Shown: positions 26,232 through 40,310 of the stretch, one piece after another
Numbering within the stretch: position 1 is the first letter of the stretch
Layout: every line of letters starts with the position of its first letter
Assembly: GCA_030390025.1 (NCBI GenBank)
Contig: CM059432.1
Coordinates: forward strand, 11,222,001 to 11,286,000
Length of the DNA stretch: 64,000 bases
Direction of reading: 5' to 3'
DNA from: Squalus acanthias
Lineage: Eukaryota
Made by a program: the position numbers and the translations under genes
Notes under the pieces: generated by a model
Databases searched by the model: none
Seen by the model: the letters and a program-made list of their open reading frames with translations, nothing else
Told to the model about the DNA's origin: nothing

Positions 26232-27228
26232 TGAGGTGCCACAGGGGTCAGTGCTGGGACCTCAGCTGTTTACAATCTATATTAATGACTTGGATGAAGG
26301 GACCGAGTGTAATGTACAAAGATAGGTGGGAAAGCAAGTTGTGAGGAGGACACAAAGAATCTGCAAAGGGATATAGATCGGTTAAGTGAGTGGGCAAAAA
26401 TTTGGCAGATGGAGTATAATGTGGGAAAATGTGAGGTTATCCACTTTGGTCGAAAAAATAAATAATAAAATTATTTAAATGGAGAGAGACTACAAAATGC
26501 TGCGGTACAGAGGGATCTGGGGGTCCTTGTACACGAAACACAAAAAGTTAGCATGCAGGTACAGCAAGTAATTAGGGAGGCAAATGGAATGTTGGCCTTT
26601 ATTGCAAGGGGGATGGAGTATAAAAGTAGGGAAGTCCTGCTACAACTGAACATGGTGTTGGTGAGACCACACCTGGAGTACTGCGTACAGTTTTGGTCTC
26701 CTTAAAGAGGGATATACTTGCATTGGAGGCAGTTCAGAGAAGGTTCACTAGGTTGATTCCTGAGATGAAAGGGTTGTCTTATGAAGAAAGGTTGAGCAGG
26801 TTGGGCCTATACTCATTGGAGTTTAGAAGAATGAGAGGTGATCTTATTGAAATGTATAAGATTCTGAGGGGGCTTGACAGGGTAGATGCAGAGAGGATGT
26901 TTCCCCTCGTGGGGGAATCTAGAACTAGGGGGCATAGTTTCAGAATAAGGGGTCGCCAATTTAAAACGGAGATGAGGAGGAATTTCTTATCTGAGGGTCG
27001 TGAATCTTTGGAATTCTCTACCCCAGAGAGCTGTGGATGCTGGGTCATTGAATATATTTAAGGTGGAGATAGACAGATTTTTGAATGATAAGGGAGTCAA
27101 CTGTTATGGGGAGCGGGCAGGAAAGTGGAGTTGAGGCCAAGAACAGATCAGCCATGATCTTATTGAATGGCGGAGCAGGCTCGTGGGGTCAAATGGCCTA
27201 CTCCTGCTACTTCCATGTTCTTATGTTA
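26232..27228 (+). mobile_element. CR1 3' fragment
   Basis: Runs from [10 protein letters not shown] to the CR1 tail. Confidence 0.9.
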
Positions 27229-27294
27229 TGTTCTTTTTCATTTCAATCATTTTTAAATGGTGACTCTCCTGACAATTTTATGCCTCCTGTCCCT

Positions 27295-27450
27295 GGTGCA
27301 AAAATTCTTCTTGTCACTGTGAGCAGCGACATTGTGTGTGGTTTGGAGAATCTTTTCTCGCTCTCCGCTATTCCTAGCAATGTCATAAGCACATTCTAAA
27401 GGAACGTGTTTACTATTTCACTAGAAATAACGATCAGAGGAATTTTTCAT
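27295..27450. mobile_element. Possible small MITE
   Basis: Imperfect terminal inverted repeats tgcaaaattcttct / agaggaatttttca. Confidence 0.35.
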
Positions 27451-28146
27451 TAACTGTGACGATGTTGCTACATGTAGCAACCAGATGAATTCTTACTATT
27501 GTGTGTCTATCCTGCTGGACAGTCCTTGATTTTTAATTCGGCAGTAGGAGCTTGAACTGATGATGGGAGAATAAAACAATTTAAATATTACAGGGCTGGA
27601 GGACAAGAGCAGCAGCTCATAAGAATGTGTTAATAAGATGCTGCCACTGGATCCACTGTTTTTGCAGAAATTGTTCTATGAAGAGACAAACCTGAGGGAG
27701 GAAAAGGCATTACCACAAGAAGATGACTCCTTACTTTTAATGACAAATTTCTATTTTTTAATGTTAGCATTCACAATTACTGTGTATATTATGATTTGGT
27801 GTTATTTTGGCATTCAGAATTAAAATCTTTCAAAGTTGCAGTAACCACTCTGTTTTTAGCATTGATTTTTTTTTGTATGAAACAATGTCTTCCCCCCCCC
27901 CCCCCCCCACTCCCACAACTATGCTTTAATTTGAAATATGAAATGGTATTTTTATTTAATGCTTAGAATTTGTACCCCATTTCCAATTAAAGTGGTTCTA
28001 CAATATGGCCTGGTTCCTTGAGTACCAAGTTTGCTGCATTTAAACTGAAGGATGAATTTGGCAACACCGGGACAACTGCACATTAATGCCCTTTTCTGTC
28101 GCCTCTTTTCATGTGACAGATACAGCTCATCACGTTTAGCAACATA

Positions 28147-28615
28147 GGTGTCGGCCTTGGATCAATGATGGTACTCTCGCCTCCAAGCCAGAAGCTTGTG
28201 GGTTCAAGTCCTACTCCTGAGCCTTGAGCACATAATCTAGACTGACACATCAATGCAGTACTGAGGGAGTGCTGCACCGTTGGAGTTGCTGTCTTTCAGA
28301 TTAGATGTTAAACTAAGGCTCTGTATGCCCTTTAAGGTGAACGTAAAAGATCTAATGGTACTTTTGAAGAAGAGCTGGGGAATTTTCCTGGTGTCCTGGC
28401 CAACATTTATCCCTCAACCAACATTACTGAAACAGTTTATCTGGTCATTACTTCATTGCTGTTTGTGGGACCTTGCTGTGTGCAAAATTGGCTGACATGT
28501 TTCCATTCATTAAAACAGTGACCATACTTCAAAAGTATCTTTATTGGCTGTGAAGCATTTCTGAAGATTCCGTGGTTATAAGCTGCTATATAAATGCTAG
28601 TTTGTTCTTTATTTG
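28147..28615 (+). mobile_element. DeuSINE (SacSINE1-like), full-length
   Basis: Box A/B-like head (ttggatcaatg...ggttcaagtcc), conserved body and L2-type tail gctatataaatgc. Confidence 0.8.
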
Positions 28616-28714
28616 TTTTAGGCATGAGTCAATGTCTCTTACGGTGGCTCCCTCTTTTTAAATCAGTTTGCTATGTGAGGCGTTCCTGGATATTTGAGAA
28701 TCACCTGCAATGGC

Positions 28715-29735
28715 TTCTCTTCCCGCTCCCGCACCTTTACCTCTACCTCTGGTGTCCCCCAAGGATCTATCCTTGGCCCCCTCCTATTTCTCATCTACAT
28801 GCTGCCCCTCGGCGACATAATCTGAAAACAGGTCAGTTTCCACACGTACGCTGCCAACACCCAGCTCTACCGCCCCACCACCTCTCTCGACCTTTCTACT
28901 GACTTTAAATTGTCAGACTGCTTATCTGACCTCCAGTACTGGATGAGCAGAAAATTCCTCCAACTAAATATTGGGCCCGCTGCAAACTCCGTTCCCCAGC
29001 CACCAACTCCATCCCTCTCCCTGGCAATTGCCTGAGGCTGAACCAGGCTGTTGGCAACCTTAGTATCATATTTGACCCCGAGATGAGCTTCCGACTACAT
29101 ATCCGCGCCATCACTAAGATCGCTTATTTCCACCTCTGCAACATTGCCTGACTCCACCCCTGCCTCATCTCATTTGCTGCTGAAACCCTCATCCATGCCT
29201 TTGTTACCTCTAGACTTGACTATTCCAATGCACTCCTGGCTGGCTTCCCACGTTCTACCCTACGTAAACTCTGCTGCCCGTGTCCTAACTCCCACCAAGT
29301 ATCGTTCACCCATCACACCTGTGCTCGCTGACCTCTAAGTGGCTCCCGGTTAAGCAACGCCTCAATTTAAAAAATCTCATCCTTGTTTTCAGTTTCCTCT
29401 ATGGCCTTGCTCCACCCTATCTCTGTAATCTCCTCCAGCCCCACAACCCTCTGATCTATGCGCTTTTCCAAATCTGGCCTCTTGAGCATCCCCGATTTTA
29501 ATCGCTCTACCATTGGCGGCCGTGTCTTTAGCTGCCAAGGCCCATAGCTCTGGAATTCCCTCCCTAAACACCTCTGTCTTGCTACCTCTCTTTCCTCCTT
29601 TAAGACGCTCCTTAAAACCTACCTCTTTCTGCCCTAATATCTCCTTATGTGGCTCGATGTCAAATTTTGTTTGATAACGCTCCTGTGAAGTGTCTTGGGA
29701 CATTTTACTATGTTCAAGATGCGATATAAATTGTA
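28715..29735 (+). mobile_element. L2 LINE 3' fragment
   Basis: [25 protein letters not shown]-like and PITPVLADL motifs; tail gatataaattgtagttgt. Confidence 0.85.
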
Positions 29736-30377
29736 GTTGTCGTAGTAGTTGCAGCAGTAGTTGGTATAGTAGTTGTAGTATATGTCTTTGCATACCCAGC
29801 TTCCAAGTAGCACCTTCCAGGAGCCATTGTTCCAGCCTTCAGAGTTTCTTGCCATATGACTGACCTCTGACTTCATGAAGCATTGTCAAAGGACCAATGC
29901 AGAATTTCTAGTGATAATGCAAGCCACTTCGATGATCTAGATGCCAAACTGTATCTAAATTTTCTGGGCTCCGTTAAGTTTGATGAGTGTGTCTCCTCCA
30001 TAACAGACAAGAGGAAACTCATGGATCTCTCTAGTTCAGCTTGAGTACTCTTATGCTGCAATTATTCTGCCACTTTCATAGTGGTACCAAGTAGTTTGGA
30101 AGTGGGACACTATGAAAGAGGCAGTATAACTAGGGCACCAGACTGTACACTAAAACCAAGTGTTGAGACTCCACCATGAGGCATTTTCACACTGGCTTGA
30201 ATTTGCACTGGCTGCAGTTATAACTCCAGCCTCGAGCATAGTGACTTTTCTGTGTATGTCAGACATCCAACTGACCACAAAATGGCAAATGTACAACAGA
30301 TTTTATCAGTTGTGCTGGGTAAGAATTCTTCTATAGTATGATTTATCTTTTAAAATAAATAAAAGGTTTAGAAACTA

Positions 30378-30800
30378 GGCCATAGTGGTAGCACTCTCGC
30401 CTCTGAGTCAGAAGGTTGTGGATTCAAGCCCCACTCCAACTACTTGAGCATATAATTGAGTGCAGTATTGAGGGAGTGTTGCACTGTTGGAGGTGCGGTC
30501 TTTCGGATGAGATGTTAACCCGAGGCCCCCTCTGCCCCCTCAGGTGGACATAAAAGATCTCGTGGCACTTTTCAAAGAAGAGCTGGGGAGTTCTCCCCGG
30601 TGTCCTGGCCAATATTTATCCCTCAATCACCATAACTAAAAACTAGTCATTATCACATTGCTGTTTGTGGGATCTTGCTGTTTGACAATTGGCTGCTGTT
30701 TCCTACATTACAACAGTGACTACACTTCAAAAGTACTTCACTGGCAGTGAAGCGCTTTGGGATGTCTTGATGTTGTGAAAGGCGCAATATAAATGCAATT
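30378..30800 (+). mobile_element. DeuSINE (SacSINE1-like)
   Basis: Same head, body and tail as 28147-28615. Confidence 0.85.
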
Positions 30801-31509
30801 TTTTTGTTCATATGGTATTAAAGAAAACCAAAAGAAGTTAATATTTTCTCAATTGCTTATTCCTTCCAACACCAGGGTCTGATTGGTTTTGAAAAATGAA
30901 AGCGAGCCAGCTGAATAAGTTTGGTTGGATTCTGCTTTAACATGCGGTAGCTTCAGTGGAGGTGAAATTTATCAAGTTCATTAAATATTTAGTAGTCTGG
31001 TGCAGATGTTAATGAAATGGATGATGCTATTTTAAGAGCTTTAACAATGGTAGTAATTTTCAGAGTGGGATTTCTGACTTGCACACTGAAAGTCTTTGAA
31101 TTCTAATAGTGTTTGTCATCATCCTGGCTGTGCGAGACAGATGGATCATGAATACTGTCTAGACAGACTGTGCCCGAGTGAAGCTGTGGTCTCTGAGGAC
31201 ATACACTGAGATGCTGGCTTAGGTAATTGGAAAAGTAAGGACATTTTCTCCTCTAATCAAATACCAATCAATGCCGATATTGGTTTAGAGTCTAGAAAAA
31301 GTCCTCTGTTTCATATAACAAGTCAATAGTTATCACAGTTTGAAGTTCTGTATTATTTAGCTCTGGGGAAAAGAAAGTATGTATGATAACATTATTGACT
31401 TTGACTCTAATTTGTGTAGTCTGCAGATTGATCAGATTTGGGCTGGTAACACTGATTCTGAATGTTCAGGCATGCAGCTACCTGCTTCCTTTTATGACTA
31501 AAAATTAAA

Positions 31510-31890
31510 GGGTCAATTTTAACCCTGCCCGCCTGATGGGAATGAGCTGGTTAAAATGGTCGCACGCTTTCCTCTCTGTTCAGACGCGCTCCTGCAGGCA
31601 GGCAGGAACCTCATTATTATTTAAATGTTGGATTCCTTTGACTCAATTAGGACCCCAATGTGATTTTAACTGCTGATTGTGGCAGTCACACACAGTACTG
31701 GACCTGCCAGTGGAATCTGGCAGCGAGCAGGCGAGGTTCCAGAAGAGGTCCTGAACAGTAAGGTTTTTTTTTTGGTTTCCTTATGGGCTGAGAGCAGCAG
31801 GAGTATTTTTCTGGGCCCCACAAGGAAACCTTGGGCCTTTCCCTCCAAGTTTCACCTCTTTGATGTGGCATGTATGTGTCCTCAGCTTGG
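31510..31890. mobile_element. Possible degraded non-autonomous DNA transposon
   Basis: Begins gggtcaattttaacc, has a nearby ggttaaaatgg inverted motif and a ggtttcctt...aaggaaacc hairpin. Confidence 0.35.
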
Positions 31891-32231
31891 TGATTCCCTT
31901 GATTGCTCAGCTGAGACCAGAAACTTAAGTTATGGAGATCCTGCAGACATTATCCCATCAATACTGAATAATTATATACTGTTTGGGGAGAGCGATTGCA
32001 CTGTTTCTATAAATGGTAGTAAATACATTCAGCGAGTATAATTATATCATTAATCCACTTTGAGGAGAGAAAGCCTATTAAAATTTAATATGTAAACGAA
32101 ATATGAAAATGTTTATAAGGGAGGAGTATCATTTCAAGATAATAAAAGTAATAGTTTCAGGCCAATGTTCCCCCTAATTTTTTTTCCTGCGCGGGCCCTT
32201 TAAATTTGCTGCATGGCCGTGCATGTGCGGT

Positions 32232-32586
32232 ATTCTCATCCTTGTTTTCAAATCCCTCCATGGCCTCGCCCTTCCCTATCTCTGTAACCTCTTTCAGCCC
32301 CACAACCGCCCAAGATATCTGCGCTCGTCAAATTCTGCCCTCTTCAGCATCCCTGACTATAATCGCTCAACCATCAGTTGCCGTGCCTTCAACTGCCTCG
32401 GCCCTAAGCTCTGGAACTCCCTCCCTAAACCTCTCTGCCTCTCTTTCCTCCTTTAAGACGGTCCTTAAAACCTACCTCTTCTGCCCTAATTTCTTCCTAT
32501 GTGGCTCGGTGCCAAATCTTTGTCTTATAACACTCCTGTGAAGCGCCTTAAAGGTGCTATATAAATACAAGTTGTTGTTGTTGTTG
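32232..32586 (+). mobile_element. L2 3' tail, apparently inserted in a small TIR element (about 32163-32643)
   Basis: ILILVFKSLHGLALPYL...RAF...GPKLWNSLP followed by (gtt)n; flanks caatgttccccctaa / ttagggggatgtt. Confidence 0.8.
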
Positions 32587-32686
32587 TATCTCTTCCAGCA
32601 GCTGGTGCGTGGTCGCTCGTCTATGCACCTTAGGGGGATGTTCCAGGGTACTGGACACTTGGGTTTTGTTCTATTTGTTTTTTAAT

Positions 32687-33444
32687 GGCCCTGAAATTCG
32701 CCTCTCCGGCTTGCCGCGGGGGTAAGGATCGCGTGCGCACTTACCTACCGCGCCTGCCGTTGACCTCTGGGCCCACGGGAACTTCAGCTCCTGGACCTGC
32801 TCCAAGTGCCGGCGCGCAGTGCTTGCGTGTCCCAGGGGCGTAGTTAGTGCGATGCGTCCCCTGGGATCACGTGGGCCATGGCGAGCCAATGGCAGCAGAC
32901 CATCTTTCATTCATAGATTTGACAGGAAGACCTGTCAAATCTATGAATTGAAATCGGCCCCAAAAGAACAGCTAAACTGCAAATAAATTTTTTTTAAAAC
33001 CGTCACATTTATAAAATAACTATGTTAAATAAATTAACTACTTTAAACAAAAATTTAAATTTTTGAAAAAATTAAAATACTTTTTAACAGTGCTAAAAAT
33101 AAACTTACCTTTCTTTAAAGTATCTAAAAAAGATAAACCTGTTGAAAATTTTTTTAAATTATAATTAATTAACCACTTACCTTGTTGAAAACGGTCCTGC
33201 GCCTCCTTAAGCGTAGGTTCTTCAATACTTACCCTCCCGGAGAAACCTGAAAAAAACCCTAAGTTTGCTGCGTGCGCGCAGCCTCTTCCGCGCATGCGGT
33301 TCACCTCTGAACCGCTCCCTTCACGAGACCGGAAGTTCCGGTTTCCCGCGCATACACAGTGCATGCAGGAAACCGGCACTTCAGGAGGCCTTGCGGGTGA
33401 GTACACAGTGCGTACTCACCTGGCAAGTGCCGAAGTTTTGGCCC
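32687..33444. mobile_element. Harbinger-type MITE, copy A
   Basis: Imperfect TIRs ggccctgaaattcg / cgaagttttggccc; GC-rich arms with an AT-rich core; homologous in inverted orientation to 56877-57620. Confidence 0.75.
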
Positions 33445-34199
33445 ATTGTATCCTCTTACACATAGTTGTCTCTGCTGATTCATTGAGAGCAGTGTTCTGA
33501 TTTATAATTGTATAACTGCATAAGACACTGCTGCATTATCGGTAGAATTTGTTCAGTACTGTATCCAATTGCCTGGTTTGATTTTTGTATTTGATTTGTG
33601 CTGGGGCCAGCTGGTGGCCAAGATAACTGTAAAAGCTAGTAAAAATATAGGAATTCTTTTTAATGCTGTCAGTAACTTCAGGGATCTGCAAAGTTCTATG
33701 TTGTTCCAGTGACAACATTGTAGCTTGGTGTGGCAAGCTGCAGAGAAAACACGGCTCTTAATCTTAATCCTAGACTCAGTGGAGTCTAAACATATGCTCT
33801 CGTGGACTTGAGGATCCATGCCTTTTCTCCAACATTGAACAGATGTGACTTGGAGAGTCATTTCTCTCCAAGACTTGTTAATCCAGATATTCATGTTTAT
33901 AAAGGAACACAACAGCTGATGTGCCTTTGCTTCAACATTGTACAAAGAATATCAGTGGTGAAACTTTCCACATTGCCTGTTCTGCCGATAGAATTTTCTT
34001 CTCGGCAGTGAAGTTGCTTGAAAAACTCGCCCCTTGTACTTAGAAGTTTAGAAGCAAGTAAGTGTTGTTGGAACATATGCTAAACCTTTGAAAATCCATT
34101 GACAATTTCTCCAAGCTTTTCTGCCTCTAACTACCAGGGTTAGTTTTGTAAAACCTCTGTCTTTGTGACGGTTATCTTCATCTGCCCCATATCACTAGA

Positions 34200-35210
34200 T
34201 AATTATGGATGAGAAAAGCAATCCATCCGGAAAGATCTTAAAGTTCCTTTATTACAGCATCCAATTGTTTCTTAAATGCTCCTGGGTATTTTGCCTTCAC
34301 CATTTGATACATTCATCACTCTTTATGTGAAGAAGAATTTCCTACTCAGTTCCAATTTTACCATTTGCTTGTTTGAACCCATGTTCCCTTGTTGTACTCT
34401 GGCAATTTAGTTTCAACGAATATTCTGGATTTACCTTTTCCATTCTGCTAATTATTTTGCATACCTCTATATGATCATCTCTCAGACACCTCCTTTTCAG
34501 GCAGAAAAGTCCAAGTTTCTCCTACCTTTACTCATAACTCAGACCTTTGGACACTAGGGATTAGCCTCCTAGCTCTTATCTGCATTGCCCCCCTCCCAGT
34601 GTTTGAATGTCTCCCTTGTGTCTTGTCAACCAAACACAGTTCTCAAGGTGTGGTCTAACCAGAGCAACGTACAGTTTGATCATAACTTCCTCTTTCTTGT
34701 CTTCTGCTGTCTTCGCTCTGTAATTCAACATTCTGTTGGCTTTGTTGATTGCTACTTTGCATTGGTTGAACATGTTGAATATTGAGTCTACTAAGACTCC
34801 AAGGTTTCTTTTAATTTCATCCTTGAGTATTTTAACACTAATCATGATGGAGTATTTGTGTATGATGGAGTATTTGAGTATTTCCTATTTCTGCACTAAA
34901 TTTCATCTGCCATTGTTCCGGTCCACATTTTGTCCAACTCTCTCTTCCAATTCCAGTGCCCCATCTAGCTTGATATCATCTGCAAATTTGCATTGGGTTT
35001 CTGAATCCAAGTCCCAACACTAAGTTATGGGGCACCACATCAGTCCCTTTAGCCCACACCCTTACCCCAACAATTCCTCTCGAGTACTCATTGCTTCCTA
35101 CCTTTAAGACAGTTTTTCAAATCTATTCCCAGAATATATTCTGAATTCCCACAGATAGGAGGTTAACTTTATAGACTTGTGTGGAATTTTGTCAATCTTT
35201 TGGAAGTCTA
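34200..35210 (-). mobile_element. Old degraded CR1 fragment
   Basis: ORF 34576..34845 contains LGVLVD...KANRML...LVRPHLENC. Confidence 0.75.
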
Positions 35211-36309
35211 CTGTCATTGTTTTGTTTGTTACAATTTGTGCTGTCCAATATACCTTGTATTATCCAGTTTCAAAACTTGCAACTGTCATAAATTATAACG
35301 TGATCATTGTTACTTACTGTGTTTGCACAGTTTGGTCATGACTGCTATAGAGAGGGAAACCTGCTTGGTCACAGTTGATTTCTAAACAGATTCCAAGGAG
35401 TGATCTCCAGTTTTCCTCTGCTGTAGTGTCCTTGATGATCTGTGAATTCCTTGTTGAAAATATTGATACTGCAAAGTCCATTAAAATCTAAAAATTGATG
35501 GCTTTGCTCTCCTTCGTTTCATTCAACATTTGGTTCATGGTGGCCACTCTTAAGCCATATAAAGACGCTATTTAGTTTTAGGCAGTGCAGAAAAGAATTG
35601 AGACAGGAAAATGTTGCCGTGCAACAGAGTAGCTTCTGTTCATTACTAAATACATTACAATCTGACCAAAGAGATATTAACATTGCTGCGTCCAAATAAT
35701 TTCTGGCCTGTGCCATCTTGTTACTTTCTCATCAATTTTTATGCTAGTGCTGCAATGTTTACTTAGTTATTCAGATTTGTATAAACCGATTAAATTATTG
35801 AAAAGAGTTGACATTATATTAATTTCTAGTCATCTAAATGAGAATCTTCATGATTTACCATTATTCGACAGCTGAACAAAACAAAGTCCTATACTAATCA
35901 GTTATGTCTGATGTTTCTGTGTAGCTCTATCTCTGTCTCTTTTCTGCTTCTGCCTGTCTCTTTCTCTGTTGCTTCTTTCCCCTTAACTGACCACTTCTGC
36001 TTTTCTTAATTTTTCTCCCGTTTTGGTGAGTGGTATTGTGTGGTGCGGTGGGGAAAAGAGCCACCAGGCAGCATTTGGGCTGGGGTTGTGGGGAAAATGT
36101 AATCCTTAGTAGCTCCCTTCCCAGCCCTACCCCAATCACTTGTACTTCCATCATGTCTCCTGCTTCTTAACCTTCTCACTACCCATTCCCCTTCCCACCG
36201 CTCCATCACTCCCACCATAACCCGTACCCCTTTGATCTACCCATTGAGGTTCCCTTTCCATTATTCCCTTGATCCACTGTCACACACCTCATCCTAACCC
36301 TCCATCAAC

Positions 36310-37051
36310 GGCAATAGATTGGGAAAAGGGGAAGTGCAACGAGATCTGGGAGTCCTTGTGCACCAGTCGCTGAAGGTAAGCATGCAGGTGCAGCAGGCGG
36401 TTAAGAAGGCAAATGGTATGTTGGCCTTCATAGCGAGAGGATTCGAGTACAGGAGCAAGGATGTCTTGCTGCAGTTGTACAAGGCCTTGGTGAGACCACA
36501 CCTTGAGTATTGTGTGCAGTTTTGATCGCCTTATCTGAGGAAGGATATTCTTGCCATGGAGGGAGTGCAGTGAAGATTTACCAGACTGATACCTGGGATG
36601 GCAGGAATGACGTATGAAGAGAGATTGGGTCGATTAGGCTTATATTCACTAGAGTTTAGAAGAATGAGAGGGGATCTCATTGAAACTTATAAAATTCTAA
36701 CAGGACTAGACAGACTAGATGCAGGAAGGATGTTTCCGATGGCGGGGGAGTCCAGAACCAAAGGTCACAGTCTAAGGATAAGGGGTAAGCCATTTAGGAC
36801 TGAGGTGAGGAGGAATTTCTTCACCCAGAGAGTGGTGAACCTGTGGAATTCTCTACCACACAAGGCAGTTGAGGCCAATTCATTAAATATATTCAAGAAG
36901 GAGATAGATATATTTCTTAAGGCTAAAGGGATCAAGGGATATGGAGAGAAAGCAGGGACAGGGTACTGAATTTGGATGATCAGCCATGATCTCATTAAAT
37001 GGCGGAGCAGGCTCAGAGGGGCCAAATGGCCTACTCCTGCTCCTATCTTCT
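36310..37051 (+). mobile_element. CR1 3' fragment with 6-bp TSD ATCAAC
   Basis: atcaac at 36304-36309 and 37052-37057; same subfamily as 10500-13035. Confidence 0.9.
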
Positions 37052-38599
37052 ATCAACTGTTTACCCCCACTCACTTTTCCTAAAGATGAGTGTATAGTTT
37101 CCCTCAACTCTCCCTTGTCCCTGCAACCCCATCCTCCTGTTCCTCCGCTTGCCGTCTTCCTACCCCTCCTTTCATCTCGTGCTCGCCCTACCCCTCCTTT
37201 CCCCTTGAGCTCGCCCCTTCTTGCACGTGTTATGACTGCACAATCCAAATTCAACTCAGTCACAGCTCTGGGTAAAAATACCAAGTCCAAGCCCAGCATT
37301 TTGGGAGAGGTTTTGGGTGGATTTTAATACCTTCAACTAAACACTTAAATGAAGGCATTAAAAGACACAAACAGTAGTTACATTAATAAATGTAAATGTC
37401 ACTGAAGTATTAACTTTCTGAATATTAAATTTTGTTTAAACCCTTTGGACTTATAAATTTCAGTTATTGAGGGGAAAAATGAATGGAAAACAATTCAGAA
37501 AGCATTTTGAGTGATTTGTGGGAACCCAGTGTTTAGATTGCACAATTACACAGTCCTATGCTCTCACTATTAAGCAACTGCTATTGTGTGTGTATATGCA
37601 GGGCTTTCATTCACTGTTAACACCAATAATCAGGCCAGACCTTAAATTTGATCGTAACATTTGACTAAAGGAGACAACTGGTAGAGCTGGTGCAGACTGC
37701 CAAGATTACTCATTTGTTATTTGTTTGCTTTTTTTGTCTAGATATAGGAGGAGTTGAAGATGATAGCAAGATGACTATTAATGCAGCTGTAGGGGAGTTT
37801 GCCAAATGTAGATAAAGGCATTCAGATCTGCTGAGCTTGGAGCTTGTATAACCATTGTTGCAGGAAAGAAGAATGTATTTCTTGAATGCAATGTAATGCA
37901 ACAAAAACTGCTACAGCATAATATTTTGTTCAGATAATATGAAGGTGGTTTGAACTGTCTTTAGTTGTGCATAGTACCTTGGGTGGTTGTTCTTCAGAGC
38001 GCTGATAGCCTCACTGTTATTCCTACCGCAAAATCCGGGCCAATGTGTTTTAAATGTTGCAATATATTTCCTACTTACTTGGCTGTTCAAAAGACCATAG
38101 ATGTGATCTACACGAGTTTTCTTCAATTTTTGTGCCACAATATTTAGCCTAGCACACCTTCGTATGTAAATCTATCATTTTGCTAGTTCTCACACCTCCA
38201 GTCCAAATTTTAGGAGTGTTTTCAAAATACACAAAGTGATTATACAAAATTGTGTTATTTACTTCCAAATTGCAAAAATACTGTTAATTTAAAAAAAATT
38301 CTGTCTAGAAGTATATAGATGACCTTTTCATAGACTGTTAGAAATGTGTTACATCTTCAAATCTGTAAGCTATTAGATTTTAGTTAGAATTTACTGTAGA
38401 GACATCGCATTTGTAACATTTAGTCTTTCCATTCTGCAGTCTGGAAAATAAAAGTTTTTAGTTAGATTTTTGTTGCTAGTGATATTTTTCTTAAAGTTTT
38501 ATATTTTTCACTCAACAAACTTTGTTCTGTAAGAGCATAGAGAGGAATGAAAGTAATTCAAAAAGTTATCTTTTAATTAGGGTCGTCCCAAATTCTTTA

Positions 38600-38905
38600 T
38601 AGAAGCGTAGAATGCGTTCAGCACTGTTTTTAAGGCCGTTTAGTCCCTCGAGCCTGTTCTGCCATTCAATCAGATCATGGCTGATCTGTACTTCAACTCC
38701 ATTTACCCTCCTTTGTTACATATCCCTTGATGCCCTTACCTAACACAAATTTATCGATCTCAATTTCAATTGACCCAGCATTCACAGCCTTTTAGGGAGC
38801 GACTTCCAGATTCTTTTCTGTGTGGAAAAAGCGTCTTCTGATTTCACTTCTAAATGGCCTAGATCTAATTTTAAGATTATGCTCTCTTGTTCTGAATTCC
38901 CTCAT
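38600..38905 (-). mobile_element. CR1 tail fragment
   Basis: Reverse complement of the CR1 C-terminus and stem-loop tail. Confidence 0.75.
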
Positions 38906-39519
38906 TGATTTGATTGATTTAATAACATTCCTTTTTCTAAATGGCGGCTTTGGAGAAAAATTTACCAACTTGGTTACATTTGACTCCAAAAATGGAGTCT
39001 AGATTCAAAGCTTCTAATTTTATAGATACAAATAAAAACCATTAAATGGGATAATGGGATTTCAAGTTCCTAATTCACCAGGGTTGAATGGTCTGCACTC
39101 CACAATGCTGAGGAAGATTAGCGATGAAATATTCTTGGAAATAGGAAATGAGTCAGGTAGAAGAGCTTTTTCCATGCTCGGGGTTGTTTAAATATTAATT
39201 ACTTTACAAGTGGCTATCAACGCTGGATCAATCACACTTGAAGAAAAATATTGGAGTACTAGTAAGGATTAAAGTAGACAGCTCTGATGTAGAATTAGCA
39301 TTAGTACAATCATGATGGGCTGAATGGCTGTCTTCTGTACTGGAATTTCTGTGAAATTCCACAGCTAAATTTTGTCAAGGCTATTGACTCGCATAACAAT
39401 AGTAACTACACAATTCAAGAACATTAGGGGCTTTCTTAAAAAAAAAATGATTTGCCGCTATTAATGCAAGATCTTTTATTGAGAGAGTGCCGAATTTAAT
39501 TACATAAATATTCATCATC

Positions 39520-40310
39520 ATCAACAACTTGCATTTATATAGCGTCTAACGTAGTAAACTGTCCCAATGTCACAGGAGTGTTATCAAACAAAATTTGACA
39601 CCAAGCCACATGAGATATTAGGACAGGTGGAGGTAGATTTTACGGAGCATTTTAAAGGAGGAGAGGTTTAAGGAGGGAATTCCAGAGCTTTGGGCCTAGG
39701 CAGCTGAAGGCATGGCCGCCAATGGTGGTGCTGTGGCGATCGCCACCTAAACGGGCGCAATTCACTTTTCCGTCCGTGGACAATAAATCGGGCACCTTGC
39801 CTTTAAGGCAGGAGAAAAGGAGTGGGCGGGGCCTCTGGGTTTTTGGGAGAGAAATGTGGCTGCAGCCATTTTGACCAGAGTTGTGATTAAAAGCTATGTG
39901 TTTCACATGTTGACTCGGCCTCCATTCGTGCTCCGCGGCAGCCACAACAGTGCGATGAAAATTGGGGCTGCTCAAGAGGCCAGAATTGGAGAAGCGTAGA
40001 GATTTCGGAGGGTTGTAGGGCTGGAGGAGTTTAGAGACAGGGAGGGGTGAGGCAAGAGAGGGATTTGAAAATGAGGATAATTTTAAAATCGAGGCGTTGC
40101 CAGACTGGGAACCAATGCAGATTGGTGAGCACAGGGTTGATGAGTGAATGAGACTTGGGGCGAGTTAGGATACGGGCAGCAGAGTTTTGGATGAGCTCAA
40201 GTTTACGGAGGGTGCCAGGTGGGAGGCCGGCCAGTGAGCATTGAAAGAGTCGAGTCCAGAGGTAACGAAGGCATGGATAAAGGTTTCAGCAGCAGATGAG
40301 CTGATTCAGT
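39520..40310 (-). mobile_element. L2 3' fragment interrupted by a small solo LTR
   Basis: Reverse complement of the L2 at 29150-29735; resumes at gtgcgatgaaaattggggctgctcaagagg after the insert. Confidence 0.8.
39732..39949 (+). mobile_element. 218-bp solo LTR (Gypsy- or ERV-type)
   Basis: TG...CA termini (TGTGGC / GCCACAACA); 4-bp TSD GTGC at 39728-39731 and 39950-39953; GC box at ~39824; ATTAAA at 39886; cleanly interrupts an L2. Confidence 0.8.

Noticed and set aside
33038..33500. ORFs in the MITE copies (also 56730-57086)
   Set aside because: They arise from GC-rich palindromic sequence; frames are not maintained end to end between copies and show no domain motifs.
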